Source: an uncultured Gammaproteobacteria bacterium (GTDB taxonomy: Bacteria > Patescibacteriota > Patescibacteriia > SBBC01 > CAIJZX01). From it: a DNA stretch of 58,764 bases. The DNA lies in assembly GCA_964383765.1 (NCBI GenBank), contig CAYLHT010000006.1:1-58764 (forward strand). Direction: 5' to 3'. The translations under genes were made by a program, and so were the position numbers. The notes beneath the pieces were generated by a model that searched no databases, was not told the DNA's origin, and saw only the letters and a list, made by a program, of their open reading frames with translations. Below are positions 8,402-18,385 of this stretch, in pieces (position 1 is the stretch's first letter; every line of letters begins with the position of its first letter).

Positions 8402-9856
8402 GTGGCTATGCTTCAAGTTATCACAGACATTGCGAAACAGGTCAAAGCAGCTGGCGGCCAAACCTTTTTGGTCGGCGGTCCGGTGCGTGACCAATTGTTA
8501 GGCCTACCGGTCAAAGATTACGACTTAGAAATTTTCGGTTTGTCCGGTGATCAGATTCGGGCGATCGTTGAACATTTCGGTCGCGTCAAAGAAGTCGGTC
8601 AAATCTTCGGTATCTTGAAAGTTCAGGTTGGCGAGCACGAGATCGACGTCGCGGCGCCGCGCCGGGAGCGCAAAACCGGACCGGGACATCGTGGGTTTGA
8701 CGTCGCCATCGATCCCACCATGACCCCGGCCGAAGCGGCGCGGCGCCGTGATTTCACCATTAACGCCATCATGCAAGACGTGCAGACCGGTGAGATCATG
8801 GATCCGTATCACGGACAAGATGATCTGAAGAAAAAGATTTTACGGGTGGTGGATGCAAAAACATTTGTGGAAGATCCGCTGCGGGTGTTACGCGCCTTTC
8901 AGTTTGTGGCTCGATTTGATTTGATGGTTGACCCGGAGACCATGAAGATTTTGCATGAGATGTTGCCGTCGGTCGCAGAGTTACCGGGTGATCGGATTCG
9001 TGAGGAGTGGGTCAAGTTATTCATGAAGTCTTGGCATCCCTCGCTCGGCTTGAAACTCGCCATGGACATTGGATATTTTAAGAAGTTTACAGAATTTGAG
9101 AAGATGCAAACGACGGTTCAAGGGGCGGAGGTGCATCCGGAAGGTGACGTCTGGAAACACACCCTTATGGCCGTCGATAAGGGGGCCGAAGTTGCGACCC
9201 GAGATATGTTGACCGACGAAACACGGTTAATTTGTTTGCTGGCCGTGCTGTGCCATGACACCGGTAAACCATCGACGCTGGCGCTTGAAGGCGGCACGGT
9301 CAAAGTTCACGGTCATGCTCAGGCCGGCGTTAAACCAAGCCGACAGTTTTTGCTAGCTCAGGGATTTTCGGACACGATCATTGATCCGGTCTTGTCACTC
9401 GTTCGGCATCACATGGATTTGCATGAGTTGTACGAATCCGATAAACGCGCGCCGATTACTGACGGCGCGATTCGACGGCTACTCAATCGCCTCAAGCCGG
9501 CCACAATTCAGCAATTATTAACGGTTGGTGAATCAGACTTTCTCGGCCGCGGCCCATGGAAAGGGAAATACGGTCAGGACGTCTGGCCGAAACGTTATCC
9601 GCGTAAGGAATGGTTTCTCGATCGGATCGAACGCGCGCAGCTTGAAGATAATCCGCCCACGATTATTCAGGGTCGCGATTTGATTGCGCTGGGTTGGAAG
9701 CCGGGTCCGGATTTTTCGCGCGTCATTAAGGCGGCTGAAAAATACGCAGAAGATACAGGTGCGAATCACGATACGATTTTCAATTTGATTCGTGGGGCCG
9801 GATCGGCTGAGGAATCGCTAAAACGTTTGCAAGCCGTGCCTAACCCAACCTCATAG
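8402..9856 (+). CDS. cca: CCA-adding tRNA nucleotidyltransferase / poly(A) polymerase family with HD domain
   Basis: [22 protein letters not shown] head domain, RRDFTINA motif, and an HD region [12 protein letters not shown]. Confidence 0.8.
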   Translation: MAMLQVITDIAKQVKAAGGQTFLVGGPVRDQLLGLPVKDYDLEIFGLSGDQIRAIVEHFGRVKEVGQIFGILKVQVGEHEIDVAAPRRERKTGPGHRGFDVAIDPTMTPAEAARRRDFTINAIMQDVQTGEIMDPYHGQDDLKKKILRVVDAKTFVEDPLRVLRAFQFVARFDLMVDPETMKILHEMLPSVAELPGDRIREEWVKLFMKSWHPSLGLKLAMDIGYFKKFTEFEKMQTTVQGAEVHPEGDVWKHTLMAVDKGAEVATRDMLTDETRLICLLAVLCHDTGKPSTLALEGGTVKVHGHAQAGVKPSRQFLLAQGFSDTIIDPVLSLVRHHMDLHELYESDKRAPITDGAIRRLLNRLKPATIQQLLTVGESDFLGRGPWKGKYGQDVWPKRYPRKEWFLDRIERAQLEDNPPTIIQGRDLIALGWKPGPDFSRVIKAAEKYAEDTGANHDTIFNLIRGAGSAEESLKRLQAVPNPTS

Positions 9857-9909
9857 TGGACAAGTAGTTGCGCATGGACAGCGCCATCAAAATGTGGTAG
9901 AATTTTTCC

Positions 9910-10794
9910 ATGGCCAAAACGCAGCCACGAAAAAAAATTCGCAAGGCAGTTATCCCGGTGGCCGGTTTCGGCACCCGATTTTTGCCGGCCACGATTGCGC
10001 AACCCAAGGAAATGCTGCCGATCGTCGACAAGCCGATTATTCAGTATATTGTCGAAGAGATGGTGGCGGCCGGAATTGAAGAAATCATCTTTGTGACTGG
10101 CCGCAACAAGCGGGCCATCGAAGATCACTTTGATTATTCTAGCGAGCTTGAACAATTACTTCGGGAGAACCAAAAAGATGAGTTGCTCAAAGAGGTTCAT
10201 CGGATTTCCCGTCTAGCCAAGTTTGTGTACGTTCGTCAAAACAAAATGCTCGGAATTGGTGATGCCTTGATGTGTGCTCGGGAGGTGGTCGGTGATGAAC
10301 CATTTGCCTTCGCGAATGGAGACGATGTGATCGACTCGCGGCAACCGGCGATTCGTCAGTTGATGAATGCTTTCGAACGCTACCGGGCACCGATTTTCGG
10401 CGTTTTGCCCGTGCAACCGGAAGTAGTCAATCGCTATGGCGTGGTCAGGCCGGCCGGTCGAATCAATGGAAAAACTTTCCGGATTGATGGCATAGTAGAA
10501 AAGCCCAAAATTGGCGAGGCGCCGTCGAAATTTGGAATTTTCGGTCGCTATATTTTCACTCCCACCATTTTCACGGCCCTCGAAAAGGCTAAACCTCGAC
10601 TGAGGAAGGAAATATACATTGCCGATGCGGCTGAAGTTATGTTACGTCGGGAACGAATGTACGCCCATCACATGACCGGACGCTACTTTGACTGTGGAAG
10701 TAAGCGTGAGTACATCAAGGCCAATATCTATTTTGCTCTCAAGCACAAAGAAATGAACACCGATATCCGAGCCTATCTGCGTAAACCGATTTAA
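9910..10794 (+). CDS. galU: UTP--glucose-1-phosphate uridylyltransferase
   Basis: KAVIPVAGFGTRFLPATIAQPKEMLPIVDKPIIQYIVEE is the canonical GalU N-terminus. Confidence 0.85.
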   Translation: MAKTQPRKKIRKAVIPVAGFGTRFLPATIAQPKEMLPIVDKPIIQYIVEEMVAAGIEEIIFVTGRNKRAIEDHFDYSSELEQLLRENQKDELLKEVHRISRLAKFVYVRQNKMLGIGDALMCAREVVGDEPFAFANGDDVIDSRQPAIRQLMNAFERYRAPIFGVLPVQPEVVNRYGVVRPAGRINGKTFRIDGIVEKPKIGEAPSKFGIFGRYIFTPTIFTALEKAKPRLRKEIYIADAAEVMLRRERMYAHHMTGRYFDCGSKREYIKANIYFALKHKEMNTDIRAYLRKPI

Positions 10795-10796
10795 AT

Positions 10797-12170
10797 ATGC
10801 GTCGCGTCCTAATCATCCTGGGCATCATTCTGATTCCAATTATTCCAGTCATCCTGGTCGTGACAGGCGTGATTTCGAAAAAACCGACCACCGTCGCGCC
10901 GGCCAGCTTGACGGTCTGGAGCACGGACTACCCCGAAAAAAGTTTCGACGGCATTATCGAACGGTACCGCGCCACCCACACCTACGTGACCATCACGGTC
11001 AAGCAGGTTCCGGCCGAAGACTACCTCCAACAATTATTGCAAGCCTGGGCCCAGGGCACCGGACCAGATGTCTTCTTTGTGCCCAACACCTGGATTGGCC
11101 AGATGTCAGCCTACGGGGTGGCTATGCCGGCTGACTTGGGAGTCCCGATTGTTAAAAACACGAAGGGGCTGTTCGGTGTCAGCCGCCAAGTAATTATCCA
11201 GCCGGCCAAAGCGCCGTCGATTGACGCCTTCAAGAATGCTTTTGTCGACGCGGTCGGAGCGGATATCGTCCGCGAGAATCAGGTCTGGGCTTTGCCGCTG
11301 TCGATGGATACGCTCGTCACCTACTACAACAAAGATTTACTCAACAACGCCAAGATTTTTGAGCCGGCTAAGACCTGGCCGGAGCTGGCTAGCCAAGTTG
11401 AAGCCAATCACCTGACCGTAACCGATACCCAAGGGAACCTGGTCCGCTCCGCCGTTGGTCTGGGCACGTCGAACAACGTTCCATACGCTAGTGATCTCTT
11501 GGCATTGTTGATGATGCAGAATGGCGCCCAGATGGTCGACGCCAACGGGCAGGCAAGTTTTAACCAGGCGCCAGGATTGACGGCTGTCAACTTCTATACC
11601 AGCTTTGCCCGCTCCAATAAAGTCACGTACAGCTGGGATGCGAATCAGAGCAACGCCAAAGACGCCTTTCTTCAGGGCAAGGTGGCCTACTACTTCGGTA
11701 CCTTAGCCGATCGTGAAGCCATTGCCGCCAGTAGTTTAAATTGGGGCGTCTCGCCGATGTTGCACCTGACGGCCGAAGGGGATAACGATGCCGACAGCCA
11801 AAGCCAACGCTTGATCGACGTCGCCCGCTACCCGGTGGGCATGATCAGTAAAACCGCCGAGACCGCTGGGCACGCGAAGTTGGCCTGGAATTTCCTACAG
11901 TTTGCGAGTCAATCGAGCAATGTCCCAGTCTTCCTGAACGCCCTGCACGGACTTTCAGCCCAGCGCAGTATTCTGGCCACGCAAAAAAACGATGCCACCT
12001 TCAGCGTCTATGCTGGGCAACTCTTGACGGCCAAAACCTGGTACCACGGCACTGGCGGACAAACGGTTGATGGATATTTGTCTGGTTTGATTACGAGCGT
12101 GGCCAGCGGCAAAACCGATCCCCAGGAAGCGTTGGATTTAGCCGTCAAGCAAGTCAATTCCACCCTATGA
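10797..12170 (+). CDS. extracellular solute-binding protein (ABC-type, sugar-binding family-like), membrane-anchored
   Basis: N-terminal TM anchor. WAQGTGPDVFFVPNTWIGQ and LPLSMDTLVTYYNKDLL are SBP family 1-like motifs. No permease or ATPase genes are adjacent. Confidence 0.6.
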   Translation: MRRVLIILGIILIPIIPVILVVTGVISKKPTTVAPASLTVWSTDYPEKSFDGIIERYRATHTYVTITVKQVPAEDYLQQLLQAWAQGTGPDVFFVPNTWIGQMSAYGVAMPADLGVPIVKNTKGLFGVSRQVIIQPAKAPSIDAFKNAFVDAVGADIVRENQVWALPLSMDTLVTYYNKDLLNNAKIFEPAKTWPELASQVEANHLTVTDTQGNLVRSAVGLGTSNNVPYASDLLALLMMQNGAQMVDANGQASFNQAPGLTAVNFYTSFARSNKVTYSWDANQSNAKDAFLQGKVAYYFGTLADREAIAASSLNWGVSPMLHLTAEGDNDADSQSQRLIDVARYPVGMISKTAETAGHAKLAWNFLQFASQSSNVPVFLNALHGLSAQRSILATQKNDATFSVYAGQLLTAKTWYHGTGGQTVDGYLSGLITSVASGKTDPQEALDLAVKQVNSTL

Positions 12171-13432
12171 GATTGCGTTGGGCTGGGCTGCTGATGGTAC
12201 TAGCGGTGGTTGGATTATCGGTGACGTCAAACGTCCGCGCGGCCGGCTTGGTGATTAGCTGTGATCAGGTCGAGGTCAAAACCTTCTGTTCCAACGACAC
12301 CCAGAAAGAGTGCACGGCCGCGAATCAAGCAACCGTGTGCGGCGCGAGCGCGACGTGCAGCGTCACTCGTAATGTCTTTACCAATCCATGCACGGTCAAC
12401 ACCTTTGTCGATCAGTTCGTGAAACTGTCACAGTACGCCCTGACCTTCGTGGTGGCACTCGCGGTGCTGATGTTCACGTACGGCGGATTTCAATTCATTA
12501 CCGCCGGCGGCCGGGCCCAGAAAGTCGACGAGGGTAAGCGGGTCATCGAGGGTACGATCGTTGGGCTCATTATTTCGTTTACCGCCTTTGTGATCATCAA
12601 CTTCGTGGTCGGCGCGGTCACCGGTTCCCCCGCCGCCAAACGCAATATCAACCCATTCGGCGCGATTGCCCGGGTCTTCGTCAACCCAACTGACAAGAAC
12701 ATTAGTCGGCCATTCAACACCACCGGCCAATCAACCGATTCCGGCAAATGTTACAGCCTGGATTCGGGTTGGGACAAAAATTGCACCCAAGTTCACTGCG
12801 CCGACACCAGCAAAGATAGCGGTGATATTCATACCATTCAACAAAAACTCACAGATTTGCACTGCGATCCCCAGGGCATCGACGGCTGTTATGGACCAAA
12901 AACACTCGAGGCGGTCCGACGGTTCCAAATCGCCAATGACCTTCCGCCGACCGGACAGGTTGACCAAGACACCCTGCAGAAACTCAACGCCACTCCGCGG
13001 GCCTGCGACGCTAATGCGGCCACGTCGGCCTTGGTCGGCGGTGTCAGTAGTCAGTTGCCGGCAGCCAGTGACTCGACCCAGGCCCTGGACCTGACTGGTT
13101 GCTGCGTCATCAGTAACGCCGGCAACAGCTTATTCTGTGCCAATCAAGTCAGCCAGCGGACGTGCGCGGCTCAGGGCGGAGAGTTCCATGCTGGTTCATT
13201 CAACTGTGCGACTGACCCTGAGACCCGTGATACCTGCGGGTACTGCGGAGATACTCGGTCACATCAATGTTTCGAAACGACCACGAATTACTGGTGCACG
13301 AATGTCGTCCGAGATACCGCCGACGCCAATTTTCGAATGACCTTCCAAGCCGGCCGAACCTGCGGTGGCGAGGCGGCGTGTAACGCAACTCAGAACGGCT
13401 GTGCCCAAGAATTATTGAATCTGCCGCCGTAG
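12167..13432 (+). CDS. secreted/membrane fusion protein: Cys-rich N-region + VirB2/TrbC-like pilin hairpin + peptidoglycan-binding domain + Cys-rich C-region
   Basis: Signal peptide. The pilin-like segment LAVLMFTYGGFQFITAGGRAQKVDEGKRVIEGTIVGLIISF is shared with the three small pilin-like ORFs. PG_binding_1-like IQQKLTDLHCDPQGIDGCYGPKTLEAVRRFQIANDLPPTG. Confidence 0.6.
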   Translation: MRLRWAGLLMVLAVVGLSVTSNVRAAGLVISCDQVEVKTFCSNDTQKECTAANQATVCGASATCSVTRNVFTNPCTVNTFVDQFVKLSQYALTFVVALAVLMFTYGGFQFITAGGRAQKVDEGKRVIEGTIVGLIISFTAFVIINFVVGAVTGSPAAKRNINPFGAIARVFVNPTDKNISRPFNTTGQSTDSGKCYSLDSGWDKNCTQVHCADTSKDSGDIHTIQQKLTDLHCDPQGIDGCYGPKTLEAVRRFQIANDLPPTGQVDQDTLQKLNATPRACDANAATSALVGGVSSQLPAASDSTQALDLTGCCVISNAGNSLFCANQVSQRTCAAQGGEFHAGSFNCATDPETRDTCGYCGDTRSHQCFETTTNYWCTNVVRDTADANFRMTFQAGRTCGGEAACNATQNGCAQELLNLPP

Positions 13433-13451
13433 TTTGATACGCTTGATACCT

Positions 13452-13817
13452 ATGCGACGCGTCCTCCCCATTGTGATTGTGCTGCTAATCGGTTTAGCTA
13501 TGGCTTTGCCTGTCTTGGCCGATACCAACACGAGCAGCGGAAGTCAGGTCGTCAACATTCCGAACCCGATCGCCTGTAATGATGCTACCTGTTTGATTAG
13601 CCAGGTCGTCCGGTACATCCTCGGCATCATCGCCATCTTGGCCACCCTGATGTTCGTGTGGGGCGGAGTCATGATGTTGACCTCGGGTGGGAATGCCGAG
13701 CGCGTTAAGCGGGCCAAAGAAACCTTAAGTTGGGCCGTGATTGGGATCGTCGTGATTTTATTGAGTTGGGCCATTATTCGGTTTGTCTTGGCCGGATTAC
13801 TCAACGCCCAAAAGTAG
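13452..13817 (+). CDS. VirB2/TrbC-like pilin family small membrane protein
   Basis: Signal peptide plus LATLMFVWGGVMMLTSGGNAERVKRAKETLSWAVIGIVVILL. ATG at 13452 is preferred over TTG at 13434. Confidence 0.65.
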   Translation: MRRVLPIVIVLLIGLAMALPVLADTNTSSGSQVVNIPNPIACNDATCLISQVVRYILGIIAILATLMFVWGGVMMLTSGGNAERVKRAKETLSWAVIGIVVILLSWAIIRFVLAGLLNAQK

Positions 13818-13823
13818 TTTCGC

Positions 13824-15875
13824 GTGGTCCCGCAGATGTCAGACATGTCTCAAGGCCTGACGTCTTGGCTTAATCGAGTGATGGAGGCCCGAGATCGAGG
13901 CGTGGTATTTGTTCAGCGTCGCGAGCGGTTGCTGCTCTGGCTGGGGGCCGGGGTGTTTGTCATATTATTCACCAGCTTGGCGGCCTGGAAGCTTTGGTCA
14001 TTCGGCTATAATGGCATTGACCTAGCCTACTACCGCCAAGTCTTTGAACACTCGGTTCGTGGTGATTGGTTTGGCTTTACCATCCACCCCTACAAATCGC
14101 TCGGTGATCACCTGGCCCTCTTCTTGGCGGTTCTGTGGCCGGTGTACGCCATTTGGAAACATCCAGTCGTCCTGCCGCTCGTGCAGGCCATCGCCTTAGC
14201 TTCGGCGGTCTGGCCGGTCGTGCGAATTGGCGCTCGAGTTGTTGGTCGGCCGTGGCACCTGGTGTTTGTGCTGGCGTATTTGGCCAACCCGATCGTTCAA
14301 AACTCGGCTGCTTTTGAGTTTCACGAGTTGCCGTTTGCGATTCCAATCCTCTTTTGGGCGATCCTGGCATACATGAACAAGCGTTTTGGACGCTATCTGG
14401 CGTTGCTCGTTCTAGCCATGACCGTGCGTGAGGATGTCCCCCTCGCCATCGTTGGCTTGGGGTTGTTAGCAATCGCTGATCGACGGCGATGGCAATGGTG
14501 GGCCGTACCGATCGGACTCGGCCTGGCCTGGTTTTTCGCGGCCACCAAGTTGACCAGTCACTTCAACGGCTACGATCACTACAAATTCATCGTCTACTAT
14601 CAATGGCTCGGCAAGAGTTGGTCGGCAATTCTCCGGAACGCTCTGACCCACCCCTGGTTGGTGGTGATGCATGTGGCGCGGTGGTCAACCGTGGGTTTGT
14701 TCTTCGTGACGCTGATGCCCGTGGCCTTTTTGCCCCTCCGTCGCGGACGCTGGTTAATTCCATTGGTGTTGGTCGTGCCCGAATTGCTGCTCGGATCTTC
14801 GCTTAGTTTGGCCGCGATTCAATCCCACTACTTAGCACTCTATGTTCCCTTTTTGCTGATGGCCTCAATGGTGGCTTGGGCGAGTTTGGTCAATCGCCCG
14901 ATTCGATTGACCTCGCAACTTGAAGTTCCATCAGCCGCTATCAAGTTGTTGGTGGTTGGGATTATCGTCTACGGCTCACTCGGACTCGGGCCCCTACCGA
15001 GTGCGGTATCCGCTTTGGCGCAATCGGGAAAAATTGCCGACCGCGTCCATCTTGAGCGGGCCATGGTCAGGGCACTGCCGGCCGGGACAACCGCGGCCAG
15101 CTTGGAGACGCTGACCGATGTGGCTGATCGAACGAAGCTGGTGTCACTGCATTACATCTTCCTTGGGCACCAACAGTTTTCCGATCGGCCGTATACGCTG
15201 CCAACCGATACCACGGCAGTGCTCATGGATCAACGCGACTTTTTGTTTTACCAGCTGCTGTATCCGATCGAAACGCCAGCAGGTCGGACTGGGTACCAAC
15301 GCCTACGCAACCTTTTGACCGAACGTGGGCTACATCTGACTGCTGCGACTGACCGTTTTATGGTATTCACGAAAGGTACCATCCCCCTCAATGTTCAGCC
15401 GCTCTATAGCATGGGTGCGGCGTCTCATCTCAACGGCACGCAGTCCACCCATGACGACATTCAGTTCCTCGGCTGGTCATCGGACTCCGGTTTACTCTCC
15501 ACCGTCACCTCATCATTCGGTGGTCACTCATTTCGACTCATGCCGGTGTCCTTTACCTTTGAAAAAACAACTGCTCAGCCTACGCTGTACCAACTCGAGT
15601 TTTCGTTCCGGACGAATGGAAAGGTTGTGTATCGACAAGTTATGCCGTTTGGTGGCGGCCTCTTCCCAACCAGTGATTGGTCTGCCGGACAACCGGTTAC
15701 GACGAATCTTCGATTGTTGCTCCCCGGGTGGTTGCGCGGTCAAACCGACGTCGAAGTTCGGGTGCTCAACCTCAACGGCGGGCTCGGTCTGAACGGGGTG
15801 CGAACAACCGTCCCCATCTACACGACGTATCGGGCGGTTGGTCCGGTGATCGACCTAGGAAAATTGACTTTATAA
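13824..15875 (+). CDS. large polytopic membrane protein, DUF2079-like (putative GT-C type transferase)
   Basis: The N-terminal half has more than 10 TM helices and the GIDLAYYRQVF motif typical of DUF2079, followed by a soluble C-terminal domain. Start codon uncertain (GTG 13824 or ATG 13836/13845). Confidence 0.55.
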   Translation: MVPQMSDMSQGLTSWLNRVMEARDRGVVFVQRRERLLLWLGAGVFVILFTSLAAWKLWSFGYNGIDLAYYRQVFEHSVRGDWFGFTIHPYKSLGDHLALFLAVLWPVYAIWKHPVVLPLVQAIALASAVWPVVRIGARVVGRPWHLVFVLAYLANPIVQNSAAFEFHELPFAIPILFWAILAYMNKRFGRYLALLVLAMTVREDVPLAIVGLGLLAIADRRRWQWWAVPIGLGLAWFFAATKLTSHFNGYDHYKFIVYYQWLGKSWSAILRNALTHPWLVVMHVARWSTVGLFFVTLMPVAFLPLRRGRWLIPLVLVVPELLLGSSLSLAAIQSHYLALYVPFLLMASMVAWASLVNRPIRLTSQLEVPSAAIKLLVVGIIVYGSLGLGPLPSAVSALAQSGKIADRVHLERAMVRALPAGTTAASLETLTDVADRTKLVSLHYIFLGHQQFSDRPYTLPTDTTAVLMDQRDFLFYQLLYPIETPAGRTGYQRLRNLLTERGLHLTAATDRFMVFTKGTIPLNVQPLYSMGAASHLNGTQSTHDDIQFLGWSSDSGLLSTVTSSFGGHSFRLMPVSFTFEKTTAQPTLYQLEFSFRTNGKVVYRQVMPFGGGLFPTSDWSAGQPVTTNLRLLLPGWLRGQTDVEVRVLNLNGGLGLNGVRTTVPIYTTYRAVGPVIDLGKLTL

Positions 15876-16007
15876 ACAAGCAGTGTACGTAACGACCACA
15901 AGGTTGAGGTGGTAGAAAATTTGACATTTTGGACTTTTCTTGTATACTATGGGCGTCGATCTGAAGGGTGTGCACATTCAAACGATTTATATATTAATGT
16001 CGAAAGT

Positions 16008-16370
16008 ATGAAGCTTTCTCGTATTGGAAAATGGGCCTTAGCGGCCGGAATGGTGGCTTCGGTGGCTTTGCCGATGGTCGCCAATGCTCTGAGTTTAGAA
16101 GATATCGGTTCGACGCTGGGGTACGGTACGGCTGACCTGAAAGCCACGGTCATCAAGATCATTAACCTGGTGCTCGGCCTGCTGGCCCTGATCGCAGTGA
16201 TCATGGTGATTTACGGTGGGTTCATTTGGTTGACCGCCGCCGGCAATGAGGAAAATGTCGAAAAAGCCAAACGTATCATTTCCGCCGCGGTGATTGGAAT
16301 TGTCATTATTCTATTGGCCTGGGCCGTCGTCATCTTCGTGGCCCGCACGACTGCCAACGTGACCACCTAA
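16008..16370 (+). CDS. VirB2/TrbC-like pilin family protein, tandem paralog A
   Basis: ORF trimmed to MKLSRIGKW... It is closely similar over the mature region to 16420..16776 (ALSLEDxGxTLGYGTADLKxTVIKIINLVLGLLALIAVIMVI...). Confidence 0.7.
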   Translation: MKLSRIGKWALAAGMVASVALPMVANALSLEDIGSTLGYGTADLKATVIKIINLVLGLLALIAVIMVIYGGFIWLTAAGNEENVEKAKRIISAAVIGIVIILLAWAVVIFVARTTANVTT

Positions 16371-16419
16371 TTCGATCTGTATCAGTTTTCAGTTATTCAC
16401 ATAAGGGAGGTGAAAAAAC

Positions 16420-16776
16420 ATGAAAAAACTCGCTAAGTTCGCAATGGTTGCCGGCACTGTCGCTGCCATCGCATTACCAACGGTCGCCAGCGCGTTGAGC
16501 TTGGAAGATCTGGGCAACACGCTCGGTTACGGCACTGCTGATTTAAAAGAAACCGTCATCAAGATCATCAACTTGGTGCTCGGCCTGCTCGCTTTGATCG
16601 CTGTCATTATGGTCATCATCGGTGGCTTCACCTGGTTGACTGCGGGTGGAAATGAAGAAAAGGTTGATAAAGCCAAGAAGATTATTTCCGCTGCCGTCAT
16701 CGGTCTGATCATCGTGCTATTGGCCTGGGCCGTCGTCATCTTCGTGGCCCGTACGACCGCTAATGTGACTGCGTAA
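16420..16776 (+). CDS. VirB2/TrbC-like pilin family protein, tandem paralog B
   Basis: Strong SD AAGGGAGGTG 8 nt before the ATG, a signal peptide, and the conserved GGFTWLTAGGNEEKVDKAKKII motif. Confidence 0.75.
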   Translation: MKKLAKFAMVAGTVAAIALPTVASALSLEDLGNTLGYGTADLKETVIKIINLVLGLLALIAVIMVIIGGFTWLTAGGNEEKVDKAKKIISAAVIGLIIVLLAWAVVIFVARTTANVTA

Positions 16777-16799
16777 ACTTTCCCTTGTCTTTTACACCG

Positions 16800-16821
16800 C
16801 CACGCCCCGATCGGGGCGTGG
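16800..16821. terminator. GC-rich hairpin between convergent genes
   Basis: CCACGCCCC-GATC-GGGGCGTGG perfect 9-bp stem between the pilin gene (+) and the GT39-like gene (-). Confidence 0.5.
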
Positions 16822-16840
16822 TTGGTTGTGGGCCCGAGTC

Positions 16841-18385
16841 CTACAATGACGACGAGGAGCCTTGAGTTACCTCAACCAAGGCCCAGTCGTGCTCATGCGG
16901 TCCGGCCACGGTCAGCCGTTCGAGCAGATGGCTGGTTGGATCAACCTGGCTGATCGGGGCAATCATCAGCGCTTGATCAGTCGGTTGGCAGCGGGTGCAG
17001 AAGTGGAATCGGCCAAAGACAATCGGCGCTTGGAGCGGCCCCTCGAAAGTTGGGATGGCCTGCCAGGTCACCGGTTGGCGTTGAAAATCTCGCGGGTCAT
17101 AGTGGGTTGCCCACAGGAAGTAGACCGGAATATTTGGATCCTCCATATACACAAAGACTGGTCGAGATGTTTGGTCAGCGGTGATAGTCTGAATGGCATG
17201 ATCAAAACCCCTAAATTCGGCTTCAATCCGCCAGTGCGGTCGAATATAGGCGACGGCCATCATCGTCCCGCTCGCGACGACGATCGCAAACACGCTGCCC
17301 ATGGCGCCTAACCTACCAAACCTCGCTCGCATGAGCGTCACCAGACTGAACAGCCCAGTCGCCGCCATGATCTCCAGGGCCCCGAGGGAACCAAGGATGC
17401 GGGGAACCGGGGCAATCGCCTCATGATAATTGGTGATCATGATCAAACCCGGGATCAATCCAATCACGAACCACCCAAAGACGAACAGGGCGATCGCCCT
17501 GTATTGTCTCCACCAGCTGACCACACCACCCAGGGCCAGAATCGGAACCAACGGCCAAACAGTTTGCGGATTGAAGAGGTACCCCCAGGTAAAGAAAAGT
17601 TTGGTGTTGGCCACCAAGAGACGCAGCGATTCCGAGTAGTGAAAAATATTTAGCCGCGAGAACTCCCCCTGCACCTCAGACCAGTGGAGCAGCTGCGTCA
17701 CAGCCAGCGGGAGCACCAACACGCTCCCCAGCCCAAGCCCGCCGATGACCCAGCGCCACTGTTTTCGCAGCGACGGCCAGATGAACCAAGCCGTCAGCGC
17801 CGCGAGGATCGGGCCGACGAATTTAAAAGGTTGATAGCCATACGCGCCGAGCGCTAAGGCCGTTCCAACCAGCCACCAAAACCGCGGCTGGTCCCGAGTC
17901 TTCAACATGCTCCAGACAAGCAGCAGCGCAAAGAACGCTAAAAAAATTGGATCGTGACCCTGCCGACTCATCAGGATGCTGGTTGGATTGATCGCCATCA
18001 TACCAGCCGCCACCAAGCTGGCCGCCGGTCGCAGCCGCAGTTGTCGAGCCACGAGATAGACCAACCACACAGTACCAATCCCGACCAGGGCCGACGGCCA
18101 TCTCATCATGACTGTCGTCGGATATCCAAATAGCGCGACTTCCCCTGCCATGATGTATGGCAAGAGCACGCTGGTGCGATTATCCCAAACATCACTAAAC
18201 CCTTTCAGATAGAGCGGCGGATGGCCGGTTTGGCGATGGTCAGTTCCGGTTCGTGCAATCGACCACCCATCGTAAGCGTAGAGGACTTCGTCCGAGCCGT
18301 ACCCGTGCCGGGCGTCGGCCAAGCCATACAGCCGCAAGCCCGCGGCCATGATCAGAATGGCAATCAGCCAGAGCTTAGCCGACAT
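16841..18385 (-). CDS. GT-C membrane glycosyltransferase, family 39 (ArnT/PMT-like)
   Basis: About 12 TM helices. The N-terminal RLYGLADARHGYGSDEVLYAYDGWSIARTGTDH resembles the GT39 first-loop acidic motif. Confidence 0.6.
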   Translation of the reverse strand: MSAKLWLIAILIMAAGLRLYGLADARHGYGSDEVLYAYDGWSIARTGTDHRQTGHPPLYLKGFSDVWDNRTSVLLPYIMAGEVALFGYPTTVMMRWPSALVGIGTVWLVYLVARQLRLRPAASLVAAGMMAINPTSILMSRQGHDPIFLAFFALLLVWSMLKTRDQPRFWWLVGTALALGAYGYQPFKFVGPILAALTAWFIWPSLRKQWRWVIGGLGLGSVLVLPLAVTQLLHWSEVQGEFSRLNIFHYSESLRLLVANTKLFFTWGYLFNPQTVWPLVPILALGGVVSWWRQYRAIALFVFGWFVIGLIPGLIMITNYHEAIAPVPRILGSLGALEIMAATGLFSLVTLMRARFGRLGAMGSVFAIVVASGTMMAVAYIRPHWRIEAEFRGFDHAIQTITADQTSRPVFVYMEDPNIPVYFLWATHYDPRDFQRQPVTWQAIPTFEGPLQAPIVFGRFHFCTRCQPTDQALMIAPISQVDPTSHLLERLTVAGPHEHDWALVEVTQGSSSSL

